DNA of 64,000 nt. Source: Erysipelotrichaceae bacterium. Its GTDB lineage: Bacteria; Bacillota_I; Bacilli_A; Erysipelotrichales; Erysipelotrichaceae. The notes beneath the pieces were generated by a model. It saw nothing but the letters and a program-made list of their open reading frames with translations, searched no databases and had not been told where the DNA came from. Positions 38,607-47,960 of the stretch are shown one piece after another; position 1 is the stretch's first letter, and every line of letters starts with the position of its first letter. The DNA lies in contig JBNRMW010000016.1 of the NCBI GenBank assembly GCA_050309795.1, forward strand, positions 67,257 through 131,256, given 5' to 3'. A program made the position numbers and the translations under genes.

Positions 38607-38635
38607 ATCATAACGATGTCCTTTCAATTTGTCAA
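38607..38635 (-). promoter_or_regulatory. Promoter of the FMN riboswitch-ribU unit
   Basis: The minus strand reads TTGACA, 17-nt spacer, TATGAT. Confidence 0.7.
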
Positions 38636-38660
38636 CCGTTTATCAATATTAAAAAACTCA

Positions 38661-38685
38661 AATAAAAACCCTGTGCTGTACAGGG
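38661..38685 (-). terminator. Terminator after efp
   Basis: ccctgt-acagc-acaggg followed by TTTTTATTT on the minus strand. Confidence 0.8.
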
Positions 38686-38694
38686 TCCGTGAAC

Positions 38695-39252
38695 TTAGGC
38701 TCTTCCGGAGTATTTTCCATCATCCGTATTGACCATGATGATTTCATCCGTATTGATAAATAAAGGCACTTTTACTTGGAAGCCGGTTTCAACCGTTGCG
38801 TTTTTCATAGCTGAAGTCGCGGTATCGCCCCGAACTGCTGGTTCGGTTTCCACCACTCTAAGAGCAACTTTATCCGGTAAAATGACCCCAATAATTTCCG
38901 TTTTAAACATGGTAATGGTGCAATTCTCATTTTCTTTGAGGAAATTAATCTCCCATTTTAAATTTTCTTTACGGATTTCTAGTTGTTCGTAAGTTGAAAC
39001 ATCCATGAAGACTAGCGCTTCTCCAGAATCATATAAATACTGCATGGTCCGTTTTTCAATCATTGCAGGTTCGACCTTATCCCCACCAGTGTAGGCCAGT
39101 TCCGTAATGTTGTTTGAGCGTAAGTTGCGAACTTTAACCTTGATATTCATTTGTCCACGAGCGGTTTTATTACGTGAAACATCCATGGCTTGATAAATTT
39201 CACCATCTTGTTGAAAGGTATAGCCTGGTCTTAAATCATTAACTAAGATCAT
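38695..39252 (-). CDS. efp: Translation elongation factor P (Arg at loop-tip position 32)
   Basis: Full-length EF-P alignment (MILVNDLRPG... VETEPAVRGDTA...). The Met at 39252 gives the canonical N-terminus. The loop reads SRNKTARGQ instead of HVKPGKGAA. Confidence 0.9.
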   Translation of the reverse strand: MILVNDLRPGYTFQQDGEIYQAMDVSRNKTARGQMNIKVKVRNLRSNNITELAYTGGDKVEPAMIEKRTMQYLYDSGEALVFMDVSTYEQLEIRKENLKWEINFLKENENCTITMFKTEIIGVILPDKVALRVVETEPAVRGDTATSAMKNATVETGFQVKVPLFINTDEIIMVNTDDGKYSGRA

Positions 39253-39265
39253 AATTGTCAATCTC

Positions 39266-39688
39266 CTATTCGTTAGCATCATAAGTATACGTCTTCATCG
39301 TAAAATTATCAAGGTCCAAACTACAGGAGGCCACAAACTGATGCTTTCCAGAAACGACAATTTTACATTCATCCGCTAAAAGATGAACCACGACCTGTGA
39401 ATTATAGAGTTCAAACTCTAAATCATCAACACAATGAGCATCGACTAAACATTTAATCGCGCGTAATTCAATCTCTTGAGCTTGTCTAGCTTTCTTGTAG
39501 AACATGGATTGAAGGCGTTGATACAGGTTCATTTGGGCGGCGATAGTCAATGAAAAAAACACAGTTGACGTAACAACCAAGGTCGATAATAGAACAAACC
39601 CTCTACTCTTTAAGTCGTTGAAAGCGCGATTGATATAAGTCTCCTTGATATTCATATTCCAAAATAATTTCCTCAGTATGTAGTTCAA
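39266..39688 (-). CDS. comGG: ComGG-like minor pseudopilin
   Basis: Last gene of the comG operon, with a degenerate prepilin-like N-terminus KSRGFVLLSTLVV. The start is uncertain (39688 or 39655). Confidence 0.6.
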   Translation of the reverse strand: MNYILRKLFWNMNIKETYINRAFNDLKSRGFVLLSTLVVTSTVFFSLTIAAQMNLYQRLQSMFYKKARQAQEIELRAIKCLVDAHCVDDLEFELYNSQVVVHLLADECKIVVSGKHQFVASCSLDLDNFTMKTYTYDANE

Positions 39689-40013
39689 TGTTTAGCGTTT
39701 TTACATCAAATAGTAAAATCTCGTAGCCCGGTGTTTTAACGAGCCGTTGATCCAAATGCTCTAAACAGCGAGTTTCTTCAGATAATAAGGTATAGCACAA
39801 CCCCTTCTCCCTTATTTCAAAATGATTTGATAACATCCATTCATGCTGAAGTTGAAGCTCAAATATCAGACGTTGATCCACAAAATTTTCACTATTTTCT
39901 ATCGTCGCTACTAAAGCCAACAATCCATAAAACAGTAAAAACAAAAGCGATAAAAAACTAAGCCCCAACAACATCTCTAGTAAAGTAAAACCTCGTGACT
40001 TCAACGAGCCCAT
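39603..40013 (-). CDS. comGF: ComGF-like minor pseudopilin
   Basis: Prepilin leader MGSLKSRG/FTLLEM and a QHEWMLS motif resembling B. subtilis ComGF QQEWMIS. Confidence 0.65.
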   Translation of the reverse strand: MGSLKSRGFTLLEMLLGLSFLSLLFLLFYGLLALVATIENSENFVDQRLIFELQLQHEWMLSNHFEIREKGLCYTLLSEETRCLEHLDQRLVKTPGYEILLFDVKTLNIELHTEEIILEYEYQGDLYQSRFQRLKE

Positions 40014-40094
40014 GTCAATACCAACAATAAAACTTCCAAAACGAACGAAAGTATTAAAAACGACAACAAGATTTCCAATAATATAAAGCCATTT

Positions 40095-40412
40095 TTAACG
40101 GATAACATAGCGACCCATACCTAATTGCACCACAAAGATCAATCTTTTAAATTTAATTGTTTGGGCTTGATTTATCGCCCCACGAGCATTAAAGGTTAAC
40201 GACGAGACATTACTATTCGTTGTCGGCAAGGTGGTCCTTTGTTTAAGAGCAAGGGCTCGGACTTGTTGGTAGAGATAATGTTGTTCAAATACTTTAACAG
40301 AATCTGATTTGGGCATTTGATACTGAAGGGTCCAGCCACTAATTAAAGTGACAATGAACATAACAACCAACATCTCTAACAAAGTAAATCCGTTAAGGCG
40401 AAATTTGAGCAT
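40095..40412 (-). CDS. comGD: ComGD-like minor pseudopilin
   Basis: Prepilin motif LNG/FTLLEMLVV. The Met at 40412 overlaps the end of comGC; an alternative start is 40445. Confidence 0.7.
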   Translation of the reverse strand: MLKFRLNGFTLLEMLVVMFIVTLISGWTLQYQMPKSDSVKVFEQHYLYQQVRALALKQRTTLPTTNSNVSSLTFNARGAINQAQTIKFKRLIFVVQLGMGRYVIR

Positions 40413-40689
40413 GACCGTTTTCAATATGGATTTTTCGACCATCATGACATTGAGTTTGTCGTTGGGTAATGTAGTTAGCTTTAACTAAGTCTTGGACACT
40501 TGCGGATTGCACATCTTGGTCTAAAAGATACTGAACCAACGCCGCATCAACAACTTTTAATTGAACGTCACAACCTTTATCTGCGACCACTTTCACCGTA
40601 TTAGAGACATTGGGTATGGTCAACAAAAACAAAACCGCAACCACTGTCATGACCACAATCATTTCTAACAATGTAAATCCTTTTTTCAT
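40393..40689 (-). CDS. comGC: Major competence pseudopilin ComGC
   Basis: MKKG/FTLLEMIVVMTVV class III signal peptide; 98 aa. Confidence 0.85.
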   Translation of the reverse strand: MKKGFTLLEMIVVMTVVAVLFLLTIPNVSNTVKVVADKGCDVQLKVVDAALVQYLLDQDVQSASVQDLVKANYITQRQTQCHDGRKIHIENGHAQISP

Positions 40690-40704
40690 ACACCTACCTC
40701 CTTT

Positions 40705-41679
40705 CTATAAACTATTTAGAAGCTGCATGGGTGTAAATAGGAGTTGATACAACAAAATCATTAATAGACCAATTAAAACGTAAACAAATCCTTGTAAAAT
40801 AGTAGAAAGTCGCTTAATCATGACCTTGATGATGCGTTCATTAATTTCTAAATAGGTTTCTAAATGCTCTTTAAGTGTGTTTGCTAAGGTGGCGATATGA
40901 ATAAAACGAATAAAACTTGGATCAAAAAGCGCTGGATTAAAGGCTTCTTCTATGCTTTGTCCTTCATCTAATTCATAAATTGTTAAAATAGCCAACCAGC
41001 GAACAATATTTGAAAATTGTGCCGTTTTCATTAACGTCAGAATTTGTTTCGTTGAAGCTCCATAAGCTAAATACAAGTGGAATAAATAAGCAAAGAAATG
41101 CGTATAGATCTTTTTCCCTAATACCAATAGCCGACTATTTTTAAAGAGAAGAATAAAGATTTTTTGATTTTTTGGATTTAAAAGCAAAAATAGTGCGACA
41201 ACTAAAAACAAAAAGGACAAACTCATAAATATAAAAACAACCAACAAAAAACCATAAATAAAAGATGCCGAAGCAGTGGTCAAATCCATATCCACCAACA
41301 AACTTTGAAGACTTGGATAAAGTCGAAATAAAAACAAACTTAACACCACATACAAAACAACTAATAATAAACTTGGATACCAAAGTTGTTTAAAAATATC
41401 CTGTTTTAGTTTTTGATTAAATGACTTAAAAGCGACATCGATTTCTAATAATTGCTCATACGATAAATACTGACTCAATTGCTCAAAAGCGCTGAGATTG
41501 TTGGCATAAGTGTACCGAGTATAGTCTTGAAGACTTTCCGGTTTTAACACCAGTTCCGTCCGGATGATGTCATAATTAATATTTAATTGTCGATATGCTA
41601 AGACGAGCGATATTTCAGCGAGCGAGGGTTTGGAGATAAGCTTGGATTTCAGTATTTCCCAAAAGTTGAAATTGTGCAT
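40705..41679 (-). CDS. comGB: Competence pseudopilus platform protein ComGB (GspF family)
   Basis: Polytopic GspF-like protein after comGA. ATG at 41679 lies 9 nt after gagg and overlaps the comGA 3' end by 65 nt. Confidence 0.75.
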   Translation of the reverse strand: MHNFNFWEILKSKLISKPSLAEISLVLAYRQLNINYDIIRTELVLKPESLQDYTRYTYANNLSAFEQLSQYLSYEQLLEIDVAFKSFNQKLKQDIFKQLWYPSLLLVVLYVVLSLFLFRLYPSLQSLLVDMDLTTASASFIYGFLLVVFIFMSLSFLFLVVALFLLLNPKNQKIFILLFKNSRLLVLGKKIYTHFFAYLFHLYLAYGASTKQILTLMKTAQFSNIVRWLAILTIYELDEGQSIEEAFNPALFDPSFIRFIHIATLANTLKEHLETYLEINERIIKVMIKRLSTILQGFVYVLIGLLMILLYQLLFTPMQLLNSL

Positions 41680-42499
41680 AGCGGTCATCCTCTTTGACTT
41701 TTAACTGTTGATAGACGAGTGTTATATCCAACATCATCAAATCATAAATAGAAACATCAAAATCTAGTAAACGAGCAATGGTGCTGTGTAAATTAGCTGA
41801 ATGAATCGTACTACAAACCAGATGACCTGCTAAACCACAGCGAATCAAAGCATGCGCTTCTTGTGGTGATCGAATTTCCCCCAGGGCTAAAATATCGGGA
41901 TCATGTCTCAGAAGTTGTTTAACCACTGCATCATAGGTCAGCCCAGTTTTGAGATTGATTTGAACCTGCATCAAAGCGTCATAGTGTATTTCTATCGGGT
42001 CTTCAATGGTATAAATCGATTGATGTGGACATTGTTGTAAGACGGTGAACATACTCGTTGTTTTTCCACTTCCAGTCATTCCAGCAAACAAAATTAAACC
42101 GCTTTTTTGTTGAAACTGTTGGCTGATGTAATGAAGAGTTGTTTGAGGTTCTCCTAATTGATATAGGTCCTCAATCATTGTTAAGTTTAAGATTCTTATA
42201 ACCCCAGATTTTATAAACAATGTTTCCAGAGCTGAAAATCGACAATAATATTCAACGTCGTTCACAATATAAGAAAAACTACCGGATTGGGGGACAAGCG
42301 TTGAGGTTAAATCCAAATTTGCTAAATACTTTAAATAGTGATACAACGATTCATCAACCAACTCCTCGTTTTCAATTTGAAGTCCCTTAATCGTGCGAAA
42401 TTGAACAACAACGGCTTGTTTGGTAAAGTGCAGGTGAATATCTGTCGCTCGTTGACTAATGGCTAGGGATAAGAGATGTTCAAGTCGATGTTCTACCAT
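41615..42499 (-). CDS. comGA: Competence pseudopilus assembly ATPase ComGA (GspE/PilB family)
   Basis: Walker A GMTGSGKTT, Asp box, Walker B and His box (LGEIR..., STIHS). Confidence 0.88.
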   Translation of the reverse strand: MVEHRLEHLLSLAISQRATDIHLHFTKQAVVVQFRTIKGLQIENEELVDESLYHYLKYLANLDLTSTLVPQSGSFSYIVNDVEYYCRFSALETLFIKSGVIRILNLTMIEDLYQLGEPQTTLHYISQQFQQKSGLILFAGMTGSGKTTSMFTVLQQCPHQSIYTIEDPIEIHYDALMQVQINLKTGLTYDAVVKQLLRHDPDILALGEIRSPQEAHALIRCGLAGHLVCSTIHSANLHSTIARLLDFDVSIYDLMMLDITLVYQQLKVKEDDRYAQFQLLGNTEIQAYLQTLAR

Positions 42500-42546
42500 A
42501 TATTTAAATAGCTGTTCAATGCGCTCATACCTAAAAAAAACCTCAT

Positions 42547-43173
42547 CTATCGATAAGGTTTTAAGAATGGATTATGTTTTTTTTCATGACGCATTTGCGA
42601 CGATGGCCCATGCCCTGGATAAATATACCAGTCGTCTGGCCATTTCATAGCTTTTGTTAGTGACCTTTTCATGGCTTCCATGTCTCCTAAAATTAAATCC
42701 GTACGTCCAATACTGTTTTTAAAAAGGAAATCCCCAACAAAGACATGATTTTCAATTTGAAAAGATAACGACCCAGGGGTATGTCCAGGCGTCTTAAAGA
42801 CTTCAAAGGTAAAGTCCCCTACTTTTAAAGGACTTTCTTCAATTTTAGTGACCTCTAAATCAATCATCAAAGGATCGGTAATCTGGGCACTTAGATTTAA
42901 TTGAGGATCTTTCAAAAAAGGAAAATCTGTTTTTGAAATAAAAATAGGCACCGGAAACTTTTCGTAAAGAAAATTCAAACCTGCGATATGGTCGTAGTGA
43001 CCATGCGTTAAAATAACGCCTTGTAGATTTGAATCTTTAAGTGCATCTAAAATGGGGTCAATAGAACCATATCGATCAATCATACAATCGAATAGAATGG
43101 CCTGGTTGCCCCTTTTTAGTACATAGCAATTGGTTTCAAAAGACCCTAATGTTAACGTTGTAATCGTTAGCAT
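42547..43173 (-). CDS. MBL-fold metallo-hydrolase
   Basis: THGHYDHIAG metal-binding motif and GHTPGS; 208 aa. Confidence 0.85.
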   Translation of the reverse strand: MLTITTLTLGSFETNCYVLKRGNQAILFDCMIDRYGSIDPILDALKDSNLQGVILTHGHYDHIAGLNFLYEKFPVPIFISKTDFPFLKDPQLNLSAQITDPLMIDLEVTKIEESPLKVGDFTFEVFKTPGHTPGSLSFQIENHVFVGDFLFKNSIGRTDLILGDMEAMKRSLTKAMKWPDDWYIYPGHGPSSQMRHEKKHNPFLKPYR

Positions 43174-43176
43174 TGC

Positions 43177-43326
43177 TTATCGTTTTTCACGATGAATGGT
43201 CATTTTACGTTCTCTTGGACAATATTTTTTTCGTTCAATACGTCCGGGTTCTTTCTTTTTATTTTTGGTAGTGATATAGTTTTCTTCACCACAATCAACA
43301 CATTTTAGTGTTACATTATCACGCAT
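43177..43326 (-). CDS. rpmG: 50S ribosomal protein L33 (absent from the supplied ORF track)
   Basis: My translation is [49 protein letters not shown] (49 aa), with the CxxC...C Zn-ribbon L33 pattern. aaggag lies 8 nt upstream. Confidence 0.9.
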   Translation of the reverse strand: MRDNVTLKCVDCGEENYITTKNKKKEPGRIERKKYCPRERKMTIHREKR

Positions 43327-43387
43327 GTTTTCAACTCCTTCATTTTCACAGACCTAATAATAACATACTTCCCTACTCTATTTCTAG

Positions 43388-45445
43388 TCAATTACTAATA
43401 TCTGATGGATTCGAAAAGTAATAGTTGATGATGTCTTTGGTTGCATAGATACAGCCGCTATATTGACCAGATTTAATAGAGGAATGAGGTGCTAAACAAG
43501 AGATGGCAATTTCTGCTTGTTGATACGGCGCAAAAGCAATTAGGGAGCTATTACTAGTACTAATCCGTTTACCATCTTCAAAAATATAGTTTTGAGCCGT
43601 CCCTGTTTTGGCTGCACTTTGGACAACCGTATCGTTCAGCGGTCGACAATAACCGGCAGTGACACAAGCTCGCATTCCTAAGTGAACACGACCAACAGCG
43701 GCTTGATCGCTGAGGACATTGAGGACTTGTGGTTGTTTTTGATAGACCACTTGTTGGCTCTTTGGTTCAATCGCATCTTTGACCATGTGTAATTGATAAC
43801 GGGTTCCACCATTAGCTAAGGTCAACGCATATTGATTTAATTGCATCGTCGTATACGCGTCGTATTGTCCCGTACCATAATCGAGTAAGTTTCCTGCTAA
43901 AGGATTAGTCCCTTTAACGCCAATTGATTCATAGGGTACATCCAGGCCAGTATGTGAACCGAGACCAAATTGTGAAAAGTTCTTGCGTAAGGCTTCAAAG
44001 GTTCCCGCTTTCAGGTTTAAAGGACGATCATATTCATAACGCGCTTGGCCCAATCTGAAAATAATGTTATACATGTAGACATTACTGGACACCGATAAAG
44101 CGCGTATATCGTCGACATATCCAAGAACGGCTGAACTTTGTTTCGTTTCGGTTCCTTGAATCTTAATCGGTTGGTCTAAAATGGTTTCTCCTGCACGGAA
44201 TAAGTCTTTCTCCAATCCCATATAAACCATCGCTCCTTTTATGGACGAACCCGGGGTATAGGCTTCTAGATAGGTCCCGGTATTATTGAAATAAAAGTTC
44301 CCGCTACTGTTTAAATAACTGCCAACGATGGCTAAGATTTCACCCGTCTGGGCATTGGAAACAACAACAAACATTCGATCCCCATAAATCTTAGCGGTTG
44401 CTCGATTATTGATCGCTTCTTCGTGGCGCGCTTGAACAATTTCTTCGACGGCTCTTTGAAACTCGGTATCAATAGTTAGCCGTATTGTTGCTCCGTTTTC
44501 ACCTTCATTGATAAGATGGAGTTGGGGTAATCCTTGGTCATTGTATAAGACTTCATAGGTTAATTTTTTACCCGACAAAATACTCTCATAAGTCCGCTCT
44601 AAACCGGACATGCCAATTTGATCGGTGAGATTATAATTCAAAGCTTGATTATAAATCGCATCTTCTTCCAATAAACCTTGTTGTGGCGTGGTTAAAGATC
44701 CAATAATATGACGTAAATTGTGTTCTTGAATGACCTGCCGCTGAGTGGAAGGATGAAGCATAAATCCCGTTAATGAAGTCGAATTCTCTATTAAAATGGC
44801 AGCTTCGGAGGCGGTGACATCACTTTTGATATCTTTAATTAAACCCGGGACGATGTGCATCTTCTGAAAAATCATATAGACTTGGTATTGTTGATCGCGG
44901 ACTCGAGCTAAATGACCTTCATTGATCCGGTCGAGCTGTAAATTGTATAAATCAGTGTCGCTAAGTTCATTTGCTCGATATTGTTGATATTCTTCGTCTG
45001 TCACTAAGCTTTTAGCTAAATCTGGAAAATAATGAATAAAAGCATCTTTCCGATCGCGTGAAGTCATGACACTATGATCAACTTCAAATAGATTAACAAA
45101 TTGTTCGGCCTTCGCCCATTTCGAACGGACCGTTTCACCAACTGGTGGAATATAAATGAAATCCATGAGTTCTTCATTCGTTGATAAAACCAAGCCATTA
45201 CGGTCAATGATTTCCCCTCTCAACGGCAATTCGTTTATGGTAGCGACATTATAACGACTTAGTTTATCACGATAAACACTCTGATTAATGATTTGAACCT
45301 GATATAAACGAGCCGTAATTAAAACCATCGATGCGAGCACAATCGCCCCTAAAAACAATAAACGGTAGCGCATGGCTGACATGAGAAGTTTATTACGTTC
45401 TGTTTCGTTGTCTGGTAGTTGTTTTTTCGTGTTCTTTTTGCTCAT
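43388..45445 (-). CDS. Class B penicillin-binding protein (transpeptidase; PBP2/PBP2B-like)
   Basis: N-terminal TM, SxxK (GSSIKG), SxN (SSN) and KTGT motifs. The Met at 45445 follows ggag. The upstream extension would overlap ispG and was trimmed. Confidence 0.88.
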   Translation of the reverse strand: MSKKNTKKQLPDNETERNKLLMSAMRYRLLFLGAIVLASMVLITARLYQVQIINQSVYRDKLSRYNVATINELPLRGEIIDRNGLVLSTNEELMDFIYIPPVGETVRSKWAKAEQFVNLFEVDHSVMTSRDRKDAFIHYFPDLAKSLVTDEEYQQYRANELSDTDLYNLQLDRINEGHLARVRDQQYQVYMIFQKMHIVPGLIKDIKSDVTASEAAILIENSTSLTGFMLHPSTQRQVIQEHNLRHIIGSLTTPQQGLLEEDAIYNQALNYNLTDQIGMSGLERTYESILSGKKLTYEVLYNDQGLPQLHLINEGENGATIRLTIDTEFQRAVEEIVQARHEEAINNRATAKIYGDRMFVVVSNAQTGEILAIVGSYLNSSGNFYFNNTGTYLEAYTPGSSIKGAMVYMGLEKDLFRAGETILDQPIKIQGTETKQSSAVLGYVDDIRALSVSSNVYMYNIIFRLGQARYEYDRPLNLKAGTFEALRKNFSQFGLGSHTGLDVPYESIGVKGTNPLAGNLLDYGTGQYDAYTTMQLNQYALTLANGGTRYQLHMVKDAIEPKSQQVVYQKQPQVLNVLSDQAAVGRVHLGMRACVTAGYCRPLNDTVVQSAAKTGTAQNYIFEDGKRISTSNSSLIAFAPYQQAEIAISCLAPHSSIKSGQYSGCIYATKDIINYYFSNPSDISN

Positions 45446-45510
45446 AAGCACTCCGCAATTATTATAACTGAAAAAGAAAGATAATGGTATAATGGGGACG
45501 AGGTGAACGT

Positions 45511-46578
45511 ATGTACACAAGATTAACAACCCGTCCTGTCCAAGTTGGACCGTATACCATTGGTGGCGAAAATCAAATTATTTTACAATCCATGACCAAT
45601 ACCAAAACCAAAGATGTTCAGGCAACGGTTCAACAAATAAAAGCATTGCTTAGCAATGGCTGTCAAATCGTTCGTTTAGCCATCTTAGATAGCGACGATG
45701 CGGCAGCAATCGCTGAAATAAAAAAGGAAATTCACGCGCCATTAGTGGCGGATATCCACTTTAGCCATCAATTAGCCCTAGCTAGTATTGAGGCTGGCAT
45801 TGATAAAATACGTATTAATCCTGGAAATATTGGGACCGCTCAACAAGTCGAACTTGTCGTGAATGCCTGTAAAGAAAAAAATATCCCCATTCGAATTGGC
45901 GTCAATAGTGGTTCTTTAGAAAAAAACTTACTTGAAAAATATGGTCAACCAACTCCAGAAGCGATGATTGAATCCGCTCAACGTCATGTGTCTATCTTAG
46001 AGAACTTAAATTTTGAGGACATCATTCTTTCGTTTAAAGCATCCGATGTCCGATTGACAATCGATACCTATCGACTAGCAGCCAAAACCTTCCCCTATCC
46101 TCTCCATTTAGGAGTGACGGAAGCCGGCCCGCTTTTATCGTCTGCCATTAAGTCAAGTGCTGCTTTGGGTACACTCATTGATCAGGGGATTGGTGATACC
46201 ATGCGTATTTCCGTATCCGACGATCCCGTGGAAGAGATGAAGATTGGTAAACAGCTTTTAAAGTCTTTTGGTTTAATGGAGGACGTGCCTGATTTAATTT
46301 CTTGTCCAACTTGTGGGCGATTACAATACGACATGTTGCCCTATGTCAAAGAAATCGAAGAATTTTTAGCTCCCCTTCAAACCAATATTAGTGTGGCGAT
46401 TATGGGCTGTGCCGTGAACGGACCCCAAGAAGCGTCGCGAGCAGATATTGGAATTGCTGGTGGACGAAAAGAAGCACTCCTATTTAAACAAGGTCAAATT
46501 ATCCGTAAGGTGCCCCAAGATCAATTAGTGGAAACGCTTAAAGCAGAAATATTACATATGATTGAAACAACGAAATAA
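45511..46578 (+). CDS. ispG: 4-hydroxy-3-methylbut-2-en-1-yl diphosphate synthase
   Basis: IspG/GcpE TIM-barrel region, C-terminal 4Fe-4S cysteines (CPTCGR ... GCAVNGP), and a TGgTATAAT element at 45485-45493. Confidence 0.93.
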   Translation: MYTRLTTRPVQVGPYTIGGENQIILQSMTNTKTKDVQATVQQIKALLSNGCQIVRLAILDSDDAAAIAEIKKEIHAPLVADIHFSHQLALASIEAGIDKIRINPGNIGTAQQVELVVNACKEKNIPIRIGVNSGSLEKNLLEKYGQPTPEAMIESAQRHVSILENLNFEDIILSFKASDVRLTIDTYRLAAKTFPYPLHLGVTEAGPLLSSAIKSSAALGTLIDQGIGDTMRISVSDDPVEEMKIGKQLLKSFGLMEDVPDLISCPTCGRLQYDMLPYVKEIEEFLAPLQTNISVAIMGCAVNGPQEASRADIGIAGGRKEALLFKQGQIIRKVPQDQLVETLKAEILHMIETTK

Positions 46579-46603
46579 TTACTTCGCTCGTTGTTTTTCT
46601 TTT
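46566..46603 (+). terminator. ispG terminator embedded in the 3' coding end of the convergent helicase gene
   Basis: aacaacga-14 nt-tcgttgtt 8-bp stem spanning both stop codons, followed by TTTTTCTTTT. Confidence 0.6.
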
Positions 46604-47907
46604 GCTCTTCGTACTTTTTCTTGTTGGATGCTCTCTCTAATTTTTTCGCGACGTTTTCGTCGTTGAATTTTATCGATTTCTTGGCGTCTTTTCTTTTTAT
46701 AATTAGGTTTGACTTTTACTTTTTTTCGATTTAATAAGGCTTTAATCTCTGGATCATACTCTTTAGTTTGACGAGTTTTTTGCATGAACGGTATGTCGTC
46801 AACGAGTTGGTTGTTTTTTATCCGTTTATAAGTGAAAGATACCCCTTCTTGTTTTAACTGCTTAATAGCTGCATCATCTTGTTGGTTGTAAAGAGCCATA
46901 CAGATTCCATGTTTCCCCATCCGTCCCGTTCGACCTGCACGGTGAATATAGTATTCAAGTTGACGTGGAAAACCACAGCTAATAACATGGGAAACTGCAG
47001 GTAAATCAATCCCTCGAGCCGCAATATCGGAACAAACTAAAATCGATACTTCTTCATTTTGAATTCGGGCTAAAACTTGACGGCGTTCTCGCGGACTTAA
47101 ATCGCCATGTAATTCCAGTAAATCAACTTTTTGTTCACGCAAATACTGGGCTATTTGAGCCACTTCTTTTCGCGAATTCGCAAAAACAAGTAATCCTGCA
47201 GGAACAAATGTTTGTAATAATTGAGCAACCACCTGCGGATAGTCCACATGTTTACGATGGACTAAATAATGGTCGATTTGGGGTTGATATTCTGTTGTAT
47301 CTTCAATTTCGATGGTCGTTGGGGTAATCATCGCCCGGCGTAAGAACGACTGTAAATCCACCGGTAATGTGGCGCTGAAAACCGTCAATTGAATTTTTTG
47401 ACTAATTTGATTTAAAATGGAACTGACATCTTCCAAAAAGCCAAATTCCCAAATCATGTCCGCTTCATCTAAGACAATCGTTTTAATCCACTGGGGACTA
47501 AAAACCCCTTCACTCATTAAATCATTCACACGACCAACACTTCCGATCACCAAATGAGGTGGATTGTTTTGGAGTCGGGTGAGCGCTTTCTTACGGTCGC
47601 TTCCACCGACTAATAGCGCAATGTTTAAATCAGGGAAAATTTCTTGAGCCCGACTAGCCATTTGCCAAAGTTGCATCGCAAGTTCTCTAGTCGGTGTTAA
47701 AATAATAGCTTGAACTTGAGATTGTTTTCGATCAATTTTATCTAAAATAGGAAACAAAAAAGCATGACTTTTTCCAGTCCCCGTTTGTGAACGCGCAATT
47801 AAATCGCGATCGCGCATGAGGATCTCGTATGTTTGTTCTTGTATAGGGGTTAATTGCTCAAAACCAAGGTGTTCTTGCCAAAGTTTTGAAGGTTTAATAT
47901 AATTCAT
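46579..47907 (-). CDS. DEAD-box ATP-dependent RNA helicase with a basic C-terminal tail
   Basis: Q motif, GTGKSHAF, DEAD, SAT and HRAGRTGR, with a K/R-rich C-terminus. Confidence 0.92.
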   Translation of the reverse strand: MNYIKPSKLWQEHLGFEQLTPIQEQTYEILMRDRDLIARSQTGTGKSHAFLFPILDKIDRKQSQVQAIILTPTRELAMQLWQMASRAQEIFPDLNIALLVGGSDRKKALTRLQNNPPHLVIGSVGRVNDLMSEGVFSPQWIKTIVLDEADMIWEFGFLEDVSSILNQISQKIQLTVFSATLPVDLQSFLRRAMITPTTIEIEDTTEYQPQIDHYLVHRKHVDYPQVVAQLLQTFVPAGLLVFANSRKEVAQIAQYLREQKVDLLELHGDLSPRERRQVLARIQNEEVSILVCSDIAARGIDLPAVSHVISCGFPRQLEYYIHRAGRTGRMGKHGICMALYNQQDDAAIKQLKQEGVSFTYKRIKNNQLVDDIPFMQKTRQTKEYDPEIKALLNRKKVKVKPNYKKKRRQEIDKIQRRKRREKIRESIQQEKVRRAKEKQRAK

Positions 47908-47960
47908 TAGACAAACCTCCTTGTAGGTTATATGGTTATCGTAGAAGAAAGGAGACTACC

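Noticed and set aside
39802-39809. A single GAGAAGGG (B. subtilis SpoIIIE/FtsK-orienting SRS octamer) on the minus strand, pointing toward the dif candidate
   Set aside because: One or two occurrences are expected by chance in 64 kb, and I could not scan systematically. It cannot be used as evidence without a genome-wide polarity count.
40014-40094. An 81-nt comGD-comGF spacer that is stop-free and in frame with both genes, encoding a hydrophobic stretch (KWLYIIGNLVVVFNTFVRFGSFIVGID)
   Set aside because: It has no start codon. comGF has a normal short basic prepilin leader starting at its own ATG. T-rich codons in an AT-rich spacer readily look hydrophobic. Read-through of the comGD TAA would be pure speculation.
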